Origin: Fibrobacterales bacterium
Lineage (GTDB): Bacteria > Fibrobacterota > Fibrobacteria > Fibrobacterales > JAOPTW01
Length of the DNA: 60,806 nt
Assembly (NCBI GenBank): GCA_051532035.1
Contig: JAOPTW010000066.1
Span: forward strand, 1 to 60,806
Reading direction: 5' to 3'
Under the pieces are notes generated by a model, which was given only the letters and a program-made list of their open reading frames with translations, was not told the DNA's origin and did not search any database. Shown in pieces: positions 48,097 through 57,581 of this stretch (positions within the stretch are counted from its first letter, which is position 1; every line of letters starts with the position of its first letter). The position numbers were made by a program, and so were the translations under genes.

Positions 48097-49805
48097 TGAA
48101 AAAACTTTTTATAGATCTTCAAAAATTAAAGAAAAAATCTTTTGGTGCATATAAAGCACTTAAAGGAAGGTACCAAATTGGAAATATTGGTATGCAGATC
48201 TATCATATTCAAGGTGATCCGTTCGCACAGCCCTCAAAAGTGAGTTTGAGAATTCCTCTCTCAGAGAGTGGCTATGATGTAGAGCTCTATGACACACGAG
48301 AAAAAAGTGTTGCCTTTTGTGATTTTCTCCATAGACTTTTGCACAGTCAAACTGATTTCTATTCAGAATCATGTGGATCGGGTAAGAGTGGAGTCATTGC
48401 AGTACCTAGACCTTGTCAGCAAGTTCTAGAACGGTCAGTAGTACAGATATCAGAAGAATTTTTAGAAGTGCGTATTAATGTTGGGCTTCCTGCTCAAGGG
48501 CGAGAGATCGATATAGAAAATGCAGTTTCTATTCTTACGGACTTTATTCCAAGTATCGCTACGAGTGTACTCCTCTCACAGAACTGTGATCTTGAGGCCC
48601 TTGCTACCCATACGGATCTCTATGTTAAACAGTGTCAATTGAGAGCCCAACTTAAAGATAAAGAGCTTATCGCATTTATTGCTAATGGCTCTGTATTACC
48701 CCGTGCAGCGGGTAATGTTGATACTCCGCTTACTACCGCGGTTCGTTTTCTAAGCCCTGAGTCTCTCTCCGTTACAATGGATTGGGGAGATACAACTATT
48801 TCAGGTTTGGGAATAGCAAAAGGAATTACTCTTATTGTTGGAGGCGGGTATCACGGTAAATCGACACTTCTTAAAGCACTCGATTCAGGAATCTATAATC
48901 ACATTGCAGGGGATGGTCGTGAACAGATTGTTGCGTGTGAAGATGCGGTGAAAATAAGGGCAGAAGAAGGGAGAAGTATTGCTGATACGGATATCAGTTA
49001 CTTTATTAATAACCTTCCTGGAAACAACTCAACCGAAGAATTTTCAACAACAAATGCATCTGGCTCTACAAGTCAAGCGGCAAATGTTATCGATGCATTA
49101 GAACTCGGTTCTCAAACTCTTCTTGTTGATGAAGATATCTCTGCCGTGAATTTTTTGGTGAGAGACTTAAAAATGCAAGAGTTGATCCCAGGCCACAGAG
49201 AACCTATTACCCCCCTTCTACATAGAATGAAGAGTTTAAAAAAATCAGGTATATCGCTTGTAGTGGTGGCTGGAGCGTCAGGAGATTTTATTGATTGTGC
49301 CGATACGGTTATTGCAATGGATACATATGTACCAAGGGATGTTACTGCACGTGCACTGGAAATTGCTCAAAAAAATCCTGCACTGCTCCCTAAAGAGAAT
49401 GTTACTCTTAAGGTGAGTCAACGAGTTCCTCATCTTGCAAAGTTGAATGAGTATGTTACTGAGCAGGATAAAGGACGATTTTCGGCTAAGATACGTGTGA
49501 AAGGGTGTGAGCTTGCAGTTATTGGAAGAGAAGAGATTGACCTACGAGCAATAGACCATTTTGTATGCTCAGAGCAACTGAGAACAATTGCAGGTGCAAT
49601 TCACTGGGGGAGTAATGCTTTCAAAGATGATGGCCTAACACTGCGGGAATTCTGCGAAAAAGTTGTAGGAGTGGTAAAAGAGCATTCACTGGACTACATT
49701 ACTTCAGCCAAGAGTGGTGATTTAGCTGAAATTCGCCCTCTCGATATTGGACTAACTATTAATCGTATGCGTTCATTGGTAATTGCGAGACAAAAAAAAG
49801 TCTGA
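48096..49805 (+). CDS. ABC-class ATPase domain protein (ABC_ATPase/YcjX-unrelated soluble type)
   Basis: HIQGDPFAQPS, GSGKSG, LPRAAG, Walker A GGGYHGKST, YNHIAGDGRE, ASGSTSQAAN, Walker B LLVDED, EPITP. Confidence 0.88.
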   Translation: MKKLFIDLQKLKKKSFGAYKALKGRYQIGNIGMQIYHIQGDPFAQPSKVSLRIPLSESGYDVELYDTREKSVAFCDFLHRLLHSQTDFYSESCGSGKSGVIAVPRPCQQVLERSVVQISEEFLEVRINVGLPAQGREIDIENAVSILTDFIPSIATSVLLSQNCDLEALATHTDLYVKQCQLRAQLKDKELIAFIANGSVLPRAAGNVDTPLTTAVRFLSPESLSVTMDWGDTTISGLGIAKGITLIVGGGYHGKSTLLKALDSGIYNHIAGDGREQIVACEDAVKIRAEEGRSIADTDISYFINNLPGNNSTEEFSTTNASGSTSQAANVIDALELGSQTLLVDEDISAVNFLVRDLKMQELIPGHREPITPLLHRMKSLKKSGISLVVVAGASGDFIDCADTVIAMDTYVPRDVTARALEIAQKNPALLPKENVTLKVSQRVPHLAKLNEYVTEQDKGRFSAKIRVKGCELAVIGREEIDLRAIDHFVCSEQLRTIAGAIHWGSNAFKDDGLTLREFCEKVVGVVKEHSLDYITSAKSGDLAEIRPLDIGLTINRMRSLVIARQKKV

Positions 49806-49828
49806 AGTGATGCACGCTTCAGACTTTT
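49796..49828. terminator. bidirectional terminator
   Basis: AAAAGTCTGAAG...CTTCAGACTTTT between convergent genes. Confidence 0.7.
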
Positions 49829-49852
49829 CGAAAATGTATAATCAACAGTGTG

Positions 49853-50419
49853 TTATGGGGTCATATCTTTTTTGTAGGCCTCGAACGCCTCTACTTCTTT
49901 AGAGAGTTCAGCATACCCTTTTGAAGCCATGAAACGAGTTTTCATGGCTTCGTTTGCTTGAAGCTCTGCTTCAAATGCAGCTTTTACTATCGAAGGGTCA
50001 AGTACCATAAGTCCAGTAACAATGTATTTGCCACCTTTTTCTTCCTTAATGGTCTTAATAAGGGTAGAGCCATTAAGAACTCGAGAGGATATACTTTTTG
50101 TTACCTGAGTAAAGGCATCGATAAACTCCTCTCCAACTTCTTCTTTAAACTCTTTTTGCATCGATGATGTTTTTGACTCGAGTGTTCTTCCGATCTTAGC
50201 ACGAGCTGCAAGCTCAACTTTATTGTATGCAGTTTCAAGATCTCGTGATTCTGCAGTTGCAACTTCAGAGAGTATGCCTTCTGCAGATAATTTTTTCTTT
50301 TCTAATAGCATCTTACCATAAGGGTCAGTAGGCTCAGGCTCAGCATCAGGTTTTGATCCACCACATGCTATGAGCATGAAGAGCATAAGTAGGGCGGTAG
50401 TTATTTTAAGTACTTTCAT
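49853..50419 (-). CDS. LPP20-like lipoprotein
   Basis: lipobox LIAC; A.S.DLETA.NK....AR..I....S, ...VLNGSTL LPP20-like pattern. Confidence 0.7.
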   Translation of the reverse strand: MKVLKITTALLMLFMLIACGGSKPDAEPEPTDPYGKMLLEKKKLSAEGILSEVATAESRDLETAYNKVELAARAKIGRTLESKTSSMQKEFKEEVGEEFIDAFTQVTKSISSRVLNGSTLIKTIKEEKGGKYIVTGLMVLDPSIVKAAFEAELQANEAMKTRFMASKGYAELSKEVEAFEAYKKDMTP

Positions 50420-50509
50420 GATAATCTCATTTATTTGGTTCTATTGTCTAGGATAATACAAAAATTGAGTTTGGGTGGCAATAGAACACTAATTGCTTAC
50501 TATGATAAT

Positions 50510-50525
50510 TGTGAAATCAGTCACG
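50510..50525. promoter_or_regulatory. CRP/FNR- or Rex-like site TGTGA-N6-TCACG
   Basis: 9/10 match to TGTGA-N6-TCACA in a divergent intergenic region. Confidence 0.45.
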
Positions 50526-50596
50526 TTTTATAGAGGGGTACTGTGATATCAATGGGTTATATTATATTTTTTCTTACATTATGAAACTATCCTACT

Positions 50597-52327
50597 ATGG
50601 ATCGTCCTAATTACCCATATGAGAAAAACCTTATGATATTAAATCGTCTCCCAATAATAAAAATCCTATCTGGTATCACTCTTACGTTATTCCTACTGCC
50701 CGGACATATATATTCCGAGACTCCAGTGGCTGTAAATACTGATATTACTAATGTAACGACTCAAGATAATGCAGAAGCAGGAAGTTATACTCGCAAGTCA
50801 ATAACCTTTATCGATCAATTTTGGTCTATTGATGGTTCCCTTGGGCGCATGAAAGGCAAGTATGCGAATAAGCTCTTAAAAAGTCTTCATAAGTCGGTAA
50901 AAATAAATCGCTTTGATTATAATAAGGTTTCGCAGTCGGTAATGAACCGGTTTTCAAATGAGTTAGAATCAAGAAATAAACGCTCTTTTGAAGAGATTGG
51001 AGCGCTCCTTGAGCAATCTCTTGCCCCCGAAATTGTTGCAGTACTTGACGTAGAAAAAGAGATGAGGGCTTCGGGACTGACCACTGAACAACAGCGGAAT
51101 TCGTTTATGACGGATAAAGCTAAAGAGATGGGGTATACGATACAAGAGATTAATCAGGTGATGAATTCTGCTTTTATATATCTACCAGTATTAAGTAACT
51201 ATACCATTGTAGAGAGTAAAAGAGCATACTCGGCGAAAATAAATGTTGGTGTAGTGTGGTATAAGGTAGAAGTAAATGAAGGTGCAGTGTCGGTAAAGCT
51301 TTTTAAAACCATGACACAATCTGCCATAGGAATGGCGAACAAAAAAGGATTGGGTCTACGTAAGTCGAGAGGGAGTTATTCTTCTGAGGCTCATGAATCT
51401 ATGATAGGCGTTGCGGTACAGAGTTTACAGGTCGCCATGAAACAAATTCCTGCATTTAGTTTAAGTGGTCAGGTAATGGAAAAATCATTCTTTTCAGTGG
51501 GCATTGATATAGGAGAAGAGGAAGGAGTTGAAATAGATGATAAATACCTCCTTATTCAACAAAGTGAAGATGCTGATGGGGAAATTTTTGATGAAGAGAT
51601 AGGATGGGCTGTAATTACTGATGTTGCCGATACTGCATCGGGTAAATCAAAAAATGGATACATATCAAAAGCAAGCATAGTCTCTGGGAGCCCGCTTAAG
51701 GGAGATGTCATTAGAGAATATCCTCGTTTGCCTCTTGATCTCTTTTTTGGTTGGCGACAATATGCCGGTAAACTTGAATGGGAGCCAAGTGATGCTCCAC
51801 TTGTTGAGGCGACAGCAGGTATTTTTATAGAAGGTCATTATAACATTGGCCGGGGTATGGGCTTAAATCGCCTCTTTTTAAGTCTTGGTGTAGGGTACGC
51901 CTTCTCACAGAGTGACACTCTTGACCGGTACACTGAAGAGACTGTCGAAGAGTCTCCATTGGTTACCTTAGCAAACTACGATGTATCACTAATTAAAAAA
52001 TGGTATGTAAATCGCTTTGCCCTTAAGGTACAGGGTGGTGTTTCAGTTGGTGGCATATATATAACAACTCCAGAGGATACCTACTCTGCTCATGGTGTGG
52101 CTGCATTTGGTGCAGGGGGTATAGAACTTGCGCTTTTCCCTAGTTTAGCACTCTCAGGCATGGCACGGTACGATATTGGTGGAGGAACTGCTACAGATTA
52201 TACACTGAATGATGTGGCACCTGAATATAATCCAACAGGATTTGCAATAGAAGCCGGTCTCGTCTGGTCACTTCCCTCAATATCTTTTAGTTTTTTCGAC
52301 GTATTTAAAATGGCTACAGGAATTTAA
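50597..52327 (+). CDS. exported protein with FlgT-C-like middle domain and probable C-terminal beta-barrel
   Basis: signal-like N-terminus; GQV...VGIDIGEEEGV..DDKY....EEIGWAVIT...ASIVSG...GDVIRE; Gly/aromatic strands at the C-terminus. Confidence 0.6.
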   Translation: MDRPNYPYEKNLMILNRLPIIKILSGITLTLFLLPGHIYSETPVAVNTDITNVTTQDNAEAGSYTRKSITFIDQFWSIDGSLGRMKGKYANKLLKSLHKSVKINRFDYNKVSQSVMNRFSNELESRNKRSFEEIGALLEQSLAPEIVAVLDVEKEMRASGLTTEQQRNSFMTDKAKEMGYTIQEINQVMNSAFIYLPVLSNYTIVESKRAYSAKINVGVVWYKVEVNEGAVSVKLFKTMTQSAIGMANKKGLGLRKSRGSYSSEAHESMIGVAVQSLQVAMKQIPAFSLSGQVMEKSFFSVGIDIGEEEGVEIDDKYLLIQQSEDADGEIFDEEIGWAVITDVADTASGKSKNGYISKASIVSGSPLKGDVIREYPRLPLDLFFGWRQYAGKLEWEPSDAPLVEATAGIFIEGHYNIGRGMGLNRLFLSLGVGYAFSQSDTLDRYTEETVEESPLVTLANYDVSLIKKWYVNRFALKVQGGVSVGGIYITTPEDTYSAHGVAAFGAGGIELALFPSLALSGMARYDIGGGTATDYTLNDVAPEYNPTGFAIEAGLVWSLPSISFSFFDVFKMATGI

Positions 52328-52348
52328 TCAAACCCAAAGGAGAAAAAA

Positions 52349-53569
52349 ATGAAGTATTTACTTTCATCGCTCGTTGCGATTACACTAATTGTCACGGGCT
52401 GTGCCTCAAAGAAGAGTGCACCTCAGTCTAATATGCCAAAATCTGTGGAATCTGCATTTGTAGAAACCTACAGCCCAGCTGAAGTCACTATAAAAGCAGT
52501 AGGCTATGGTAATGGAGACGAAGATGTTGCGGGTGCACTACTTGATGCAAAACGTGCAGCGGTCTATTATGTGCTCTATGGTGGTTCTGATGGAATCATT
52601 AATAGTAAAGAGGGCAAAATGAAATTTGAACTTTTTCAAGAGCAGTTTTTTGCAGATGTTCACAAGTACATAACCTGGGAGTCTGATAAAGTAATTAGTC
52701 AGGTTCGTACCCCTCGTGGTATTAAAATTACCAAAATGTTTCGAGTCAATAAAAAGAATGTGACCGAGAAAATGGTAGAGCGTGGTGTGGTAACATCATC
52801 AACTGAACTTGCGGAGTCACAAGGTATGCCTTTTATTATGGTTGTGCCTGAAACATCAACTAAAACTTCAGTCATGGACGTCTATAATACTAATCCCTAC
52901 GCAAAACATGCAGCAACAACAATTGAAAGTTACCTTACGGCTCGCCAATATGATGTTGTTGTTCCAAAACAACTTGAGCAAGTAAATACTATAGCAGGAT
53001 TAGAGCTTGGCAATGAATCAGAAGAGGATGTGAGTTACCAGCTTGCTCTTTCAATCGGTGCAGATGTTTATATCTCTTTTGCTGGAACCGTAAAAAATAA
53101 TAAAGCAAGTGTGAGTGTTAAGGCATACGAAACAACGACTGCGCGTCTTCTCGGTGCCGAAACGGGTTATAGCAAAAATCGCCCTGGTGCAGCCCCAGAA
53201 GCCCTTATTGAAGAGGGACTTGCGGATGCCATTGATAAAGTACTCCAGCGGGTAAACAATTATTGGACAAAAGATTTAGAAAAGGGAATTCAGTACAAAC
53301 TTATTTTTAAAGTTTTGGGTGATTACCAAGGTGACCAGTTAGAGAATATTCAATTTGCTGTATCAGATGTAACTGAGGCAGCGTTTAATAAGAGCAAAGA
53401 AAATATCATAACTAAGAAAACTATGGATTATAATGTATGGGGCGCTCAAGACACTTTTGATAAGTCTTCAAAAATCTATCGTCACTTTAAAAGAAAGCTC
53501 GGAAGCAAAGGCATTAAGGCTAAAAAAATTACCTTAAATAGAAAGCTTATACTGATTGGAATAGAGTAA
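52349..53569 (+). CDS. DUF6175-like lipoprotein
   Basis: AAGGAG RBS, lipobox VTGC; PFIMVVP, IGADVYI, VKAYETTTARLLGAETGYS. Confidence 0.7.
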   Translation: MKYLLSSLVAITLIVTGCASKKSAPQSNMPKSVESAFVETYSPAEVTIKAVGYGNGDEDVAGALLDAKRAAVYYVLYGGSDGIINSKEGKMKFELFQEQFFADVHKYITWESDKVISQVRTPRGIKITKMFRVNKKNVTEKMVERGVVTSSTELAESQGMPFIMVVPETSTKTSVMDVYNTNPYAKHAATTIESYLTARQYDVVVPKQLEQVNTIAGLELGNESEEDVSYQLALSIGADVYISFAGTVKNNKASVSVKAYETTTARLLGAETGYSKNRPGAAPEALIEEGLADAIDKVLQRVNNYWTKDLEKGIQYKLIFKVLGDYQGDQLENIQFAVSDVTEAAFNKSKENIITKKTMDYNVWGAQDTFDKSSKIYRHFKRKLGSKGIKAKKITLNRKLILIGIE

Positions 53570-53603
53570 TTACGATGATCGGTTATGTAATAATCAGGAG
53601 AAT

Positions 53604-54983
53604 ATGACTTCTGATTATTACAGGGCCAATAAAGGAAAAGATATGATTAGAGTCTATCGACAGTTAAAGGCAGTAGCACCGATGGCGTGTATACTGCTTT
53701 TTTTTATGAGTAATTCTTGGGCCACACCTTCTTGGGTTGATTCAGGTGAACTTGACTCATACCCTAAAAGTCGTTTTATTAGTGCTGTGGGACGATCTAC
53801 GAAAAGTCTTGACGAGGCTCGGCAAAATGCACAGGTTGCTGTTCAACAACAGATTGTCGCTCGAGTAAGCTCAACCTCAAAGCAAAAGCTTTCTGAAGTT
53901 TCCATAAATGATGCAAGCGCTCTCAGTGATTCATTTTCAAAGAGTGCACGAGTCAGTGTAAGTGGAGAGATAAAAGGAATAGAAATTGTTAAGACGACAG
54001 AGGGCGGCGGCATATTCTATGCATTTGCAGCATTAAATAAAAACAGTTTTGCATCAAACCTCTCACTTATAATTAGTGAAAAAAATAGTGCGTTAAAAGA
54101 GAGTTTCTTAGCTGCTCAGAGAGCATATACGGAGGGTGAACTCCGTGTAGGGGGGCGCCACTTAGAGGCCGCAAAGGGAATGATCTCTGAGATTGAGGAA
54201 CAGAGAGTTCTGTTGGGCGCAGTAGCACAGTTGAGTAGTACCGATGAAGTGAGTGTGAGTTACACTCAGATTGGAATACTTCAAGAAAATGCCCTGTTGT
54301 CTACCTCTTTAGAAATTATTTCGGGCAGTAATCAAATTCTCGATGGAACAAATAGTCCTGAGCCAATAGTGGTCAAACTTACTATGAAAGGTAAAGAGGT
54401 AAGAGGAGTTCATCTAATGGCTCTTAATGCGCTTTCTAGAAAAGAGAGTAACGCTATAACGAATGATACTGGTATTGCAGAGTTTTCATTGAATAACTTG
54501 AGTCAGGAATCAGGCAAACAGACCTACACCATTCAAATTGATAGCGAGCTCGCCGGGAGCTATTCAGAAATTGTTAAAGAGAAGGCATTGTTTGTTTCTT
54601 ATGAGGTAAAGCCTAAAAGCTGTGCAATTGACTTACATATCAATAATCAAAGTACGGTTTCCAACGATAAAGTGGAGCAGGGAATCGAAGCACTTTTTAA
54701 GAAATATGGTATTGTTGATAAGTCAGGTATATCGAGTCATTTGAATGTTACCGTAGAAAGTTCCGTAGTTTCTGAGGTACAAGGGGTTTCGGCGGGGAGT
54801 TCATTTGTTAAGGTTAAGACGTCTCTTACTGTGAAGGCTCGAAAGGAAAAGAACGCGATTGGATCAACGACAATGAACAGTAGCGCCCTTGCAAAAGGTG
54901 AAGAAAAAGCTGTACTTAATGCCATAAAAAAGAGTAAACTATCAGAGAAATTTCATGAGTTACATAGAGAACTGTGTAAATAA
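53604..54983 (+). CDS. exported protein with N-terminal LPP20-like domain and Ig-like middle domain
   Basis: PSWV......YP...FISAVG.....DEARQNA......QI..RVSS; alternative start at 53643. Confidence 0.7.
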   Translation: MTSDYYRANKGKDMIRVYRQLKAVAPMACILLFFMSNSWATPSWVDSGELDSYPKSRFISAVGRSTKSLDEARQNAQVAVQQQIVARVSSTSKQKLSEVSINDASALSDSFSKSARVSVSGEIKGIEIVKTTEGGGIFYAFAALNKNSFASNLSLIISEKNSALKESFLAAQRAYTEGELRVGGRHLEAAKGMISEIEEQRVLLGAVAQLSSTDEVSVSYTQIGILQENALLSTSLEIISGSNQILDGTNSPEPIVVKLTMKGKEVRGVHLMALNALSRKESNAITNDTGIAEFSLNNLSQESGKQTYTIQIDSELAGSYSEIVKEKALFVSYEVKPKSCAIDLHINNQSTVSNDKVEQGIEALFKKYGIVDKSGISSHLNVTVESSVVSEVQGVSAGSSFVKVKTSLTVKARKEKNAIGSTTMNSSALAKGEEKAVLNAIKKSKLSEKFHELHRELCK

Positions 54984-54991
54984 AGGTAGTG

Positions 54992-55132
54992 ATGAAGAGT
55001 TGTATTGTAGTGTGTATAGTAATGATTTATTGTGGGTGCAGTAGCACTTCTGAAAAAAATAGCTCAATTGATGATATAAGAGAACGTGCCGAAGAAGCCT
55101 ACGAAGAGCTCGATGTTGAGATAGATAAATGA
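54992..55132 (+). CDS. 46-aa putative lipoprotein (not in the ORF track)
   Basis: MKSCIVVCIVMIYCGCSSTSEKNSSIDDIRERAEEAYEELDVEIDK; AAGGT RBS; fills the operon gap; ATGA overlap with the next gene. Confidence 0.75.
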   Translation: MKSCIVVCIVMIYCGCSSTSEKNSSIDDIRERAEEAYEELDVEIDK

Positions 55133-55671
55133 GGCTTCTCTCTATCGCCCTTCTTTTCTCCTTTCTATTGAGCGGATGTGCCTTTCGCCAAGAAATTAAA
55201 ACATCAAGTCAATATCAGCCTGATTTTGTAGAGTATTTACCAAGAGAAAAAGGAGTGCTCTTTGGCGTTGCCCAAGAGAGTAGCTCCGATGCAATTATTG
55301 CACAGCAAAAAGCAGATTATAGTGCTCAATTAGAGCTCGTCTTTCTTTTTGCTATGAAAGCTCAGAAAGCAACCCTGGCAACATTTATCAAGGCAGAGCT
55401 CAATCGCGAACTCTACAAATCATTTTTAAGCAAAATGCAAGATGCACTCCTTGTGTTGGAATATCCTGAGTCACGGATTGACCGAAGAGAGTATGTAGAT
55501 GAGACAATGTACTCTTTGGCACGATGTCCTTATACACCTGAGATACTTGAAAGAATCAAGTTGACAGTTATAACACTGATTAAAAATGATGAGCCTCTCT
55601 ATCAATTACTGGTACAGAGGCAGGCTTTAAGTGATCTTATAGAACGTCTTTCTCATATTGAAGAGTATTAG
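55129..55671 (+). CDS. hypothetical lipoprotein (LPP20-like)
   Basis: lipobox LSGC; LFGVAQ......AQQKADYSAQLEL. Confidence 0.65.
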   Translation: MRLLSIALLFSFLLSGCAFRQEIKTSSQYQPDFVEYLPREKGVLFGVAQESSSDAIIAQQKADYSAQLELVFLFAMKAQKATLATFIKAELNRELYKSFLSKMQDALLVLEYPESRIDRREYVDETMYSLARCPYTPEILERIKLTVITLIKNDEPLYQLLVQRQALSDLIERLSHIEEY

Positions 55672-55679
55672 ATATACTC

Positions 55680-56945
55680 TTAATTTTTTAAACATTCCTT
55701 AAATACGCGTACCATACTATCGTAATCTTTTGAACCCGTTGTTTCGCTACACGAATGCATTGCGAGCATCGCCGAGCCAACATCAACGGTAGGAACGCCT
55801 AAACTCATGCTGAGCATATTCCCTATGGTACTTCCACAAGGAATATCATTACGTGAAGAAAATTGTTGATAAGGGACTTTACACTGCTCACACAACTTTT
55901 TAAATCGAGCAATGGTCTCTGGGGTCGAGGTGTATCGCATATTTGAGTTTACTTTAATCACGGGGCCTCCGTTCATCATAGGTCTATGATTTGCATCATG
56001 TTTCTCCGAGAGGTTTGGATGAACCGCATGAGCACCATCAGCCGAAATTGCAAAAGAGTGTGCCATAGAAATATCAAAGGCTTCATCAGAAAGCCCGAGT
56101 GAACGATAGGCTCGTTTAAGAGTGGTGTCTAAAAAGCCCGAGTCTGCACCAGTTCGTGTACTACTCCCAATCTCTTCATGATTAAAGGCTGCAATGCACT
56201 GAAGGCTCTTTTTAGAGAACGGTGCGTTACTGAGCGCATCGAGTGACGCCGAAACCATTACAAGGTTATCTTGTCGGCCGCCAAATACAAATTCATCCTG
56301 CATTCCGCCAAGGTGTGCAGGAGAGTCTTCATAGAGGCCTAGATCCCAGCTGAGAACTCGGCCGTGTATGCCGCATTCTTTCTTGAGTACTTTCTTAAAG
56401 TCGAGAGCGGTATTCCCGAGCCCTATCATTGGGTTGAGCTCAAATTGTGGATTAAGTTTTTGCCCCTCGCTATTAACTCCTCTATTAATGTGAATGGCAA
56501 GTTGAGGAATACGAAACGAGTGCTTAGTAGAAACTTTTTTGGTAATGGTTTTACCTTTTGAGTCATCATATACAACGACACCTGCCCATTTTAAACTTCT
56601 ATCAAGCCAGGTTGTGAAAATGGGGCTTCCATATACTTCTACTGCAAGAGAGTGATATCCTACCGTTTGAATTTCGGGATTTGGTTTAATTTTTAATGTA
56701 GGTGAATCAGTATGGGAGCCAATAATTGATGTTTTAATATTGGTGACAGATTGTGGTGTTTTAAAGGCTATAAAAGAGGAGTCTTCACGGCAGACAAAAT
56801 ATGATTTCTTCGGTTCTATAATCCATTCTTCCGTCTCTTTAAGTTCGGTAAATCCCTGGCTTGTAAGAATATCTCGGGCACTCTCTACTGCATGGTAAGG
56901 AGAAATACTTGTATTAAGAAAATCAAGAAGTTGTGTAATAGCCAT
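55680..56945 (-). CDS. M18 family aspartyl aminopeptidase
   Basis: SPYHAV, GSHTDSP, VEVYG, RQDN, HEEIGS, SADGAHAVHPN, CGSTIG, LAMHS. Confidence 0.93.
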   Translation of the reverse strand: MAITQLLDFLNTSISPYHAVESARDILTSQGFTELKETEEWIIEPKKSYFVCREDSSFIAFKTPQSVTNIKTSIIGSHTDSPTLKIKPNPEIQTVGYHSLAVEVYGSPIFTTWLDRSLKWAGVVVYDDSKGKTITKKVSTKHSFRIPQLAIHINRGVNSEGQKLNPQFELNPMIGLGNTALDFKKVLKKECGIHGRVLSWDLGLYEDSPAHLGGMQDEFVFGGRQDNLVMVSASLDALSNAPFSKKSLQCIAAFNHEEIGSSTRTGADSGFLDTTLKRAYRSLGLSDEAFDISMAHSFAISADGAHAVHPNLSEKHDANHRPMMNGGPVIKVNSNMRYTSTPETIARFKKLCEQCKVPYQQFSSRNDIPCGSTIGNMLSMSLGVPTVDVGSAMLAMHSCSETTGSKDYDSMVRVFKECLKN

Positions 56946-56991
56946 AAGTGTACCAATTTTAGAGATTACCTAAAATATAGAGATGCAGAAA

Positions 56992-57090
56992 ATTTTAGAC
57001 AACAATTAACTGGAATTGTTGTCTAAAATAATATCGCGATATTACTGATATCACTAATCATAAATGCAGTGAATAGCACTGCATTTATGA
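56992..57090. repeat. three adjacent inverted repeats between hsp20 and the M18 peptidase
   Basis: 16-bp arms 56992-57029; perfect 16-bp palindrome TAATATCGCGATATTA 57029-57044; 14-bp arms 57058-57090. Confidence 0.8.
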
Positions 57091-57116
57091 GAGAGAGTGA
57101 AAGGGCGTAGGGCATA

Positions 57117-57515
57117 TTAATCAACAGCAATTTGTTTAGGGAGTGCCTTCTCTTTTTTATTAACGGTTACGGTCAGTATCCCATTTTCATGTTTGGCGTT
57201 TATGCTCTCGGCATCAAGGGTATCACCAAGTCTAAATGAGCGTTCAAAGTTTCGATACGAGCGTTCTCTAATGTGATAATCACGCTCTTTTTTCTCTTCA
57301 CTCTTTTCATTGGTGGTACTGATTGTGAGTGTGCCATCCTTTACTGCAACAGCAATGGTATCCTTTGCAAATCCGGGGAGTTCTATTTCAAGGTGGTAAG
57401 CCTTGTCGTCTGAGTAGACATCGACTTTAGGGGTGATACTGTTTCTTGTTTCGACGGTAGTGTTAAAAAAGTTGTCGAAAAGTGATTTGGCTGGTGTTGA
57501 TACGTAATAAGACAT
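57117..57515 (-). CDS. small heat shock protein (Hsp20/alpha-crystallin family)
   Basis: PKVDV, ELPGF, ERSYRNFERSF, AKHENGILTV; AAGGAG RBS before MSYYV. Confidence 0.93.
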   Translation of the reverse strand: MSYYVSTPAKSLFDNFFNTTVETRNSITPKVDVYSDDKAYHLEIELPGFAKDTIAVAVKDGTLTISTTNEKSEEKKERDYHIRERSYRNFERSFRLGDTLDAESINAKHENGILTVTVNKKEKALPKQIAVD

Positions 57516-57564
57516 TGTGTTCTCCTTGGGTAGTGTTTCAATTTGTTGTTCTGATATACTGTAA

Positions 57565-57581
57565 ATCAAATAGTGTGCCAA
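57565..57581 (-). promoter_or_regulatory. sigma54-like -24/-12 promoter for hsp20 (imperfect -12)
   Basis: minus strand TTGGCAC-ACTAT-TTGAT versus consensus TGGCAC-N5-TTGC. Confidence 0.45.

Noticed and set aside
48096..49805. Isopentenyl-diphosphate isomerase or ABC transporter subunit label for the ATPase
   Set aside because: No IDI motifs and no adjacent permease; only Walker A/B and family-specific motifs are supported
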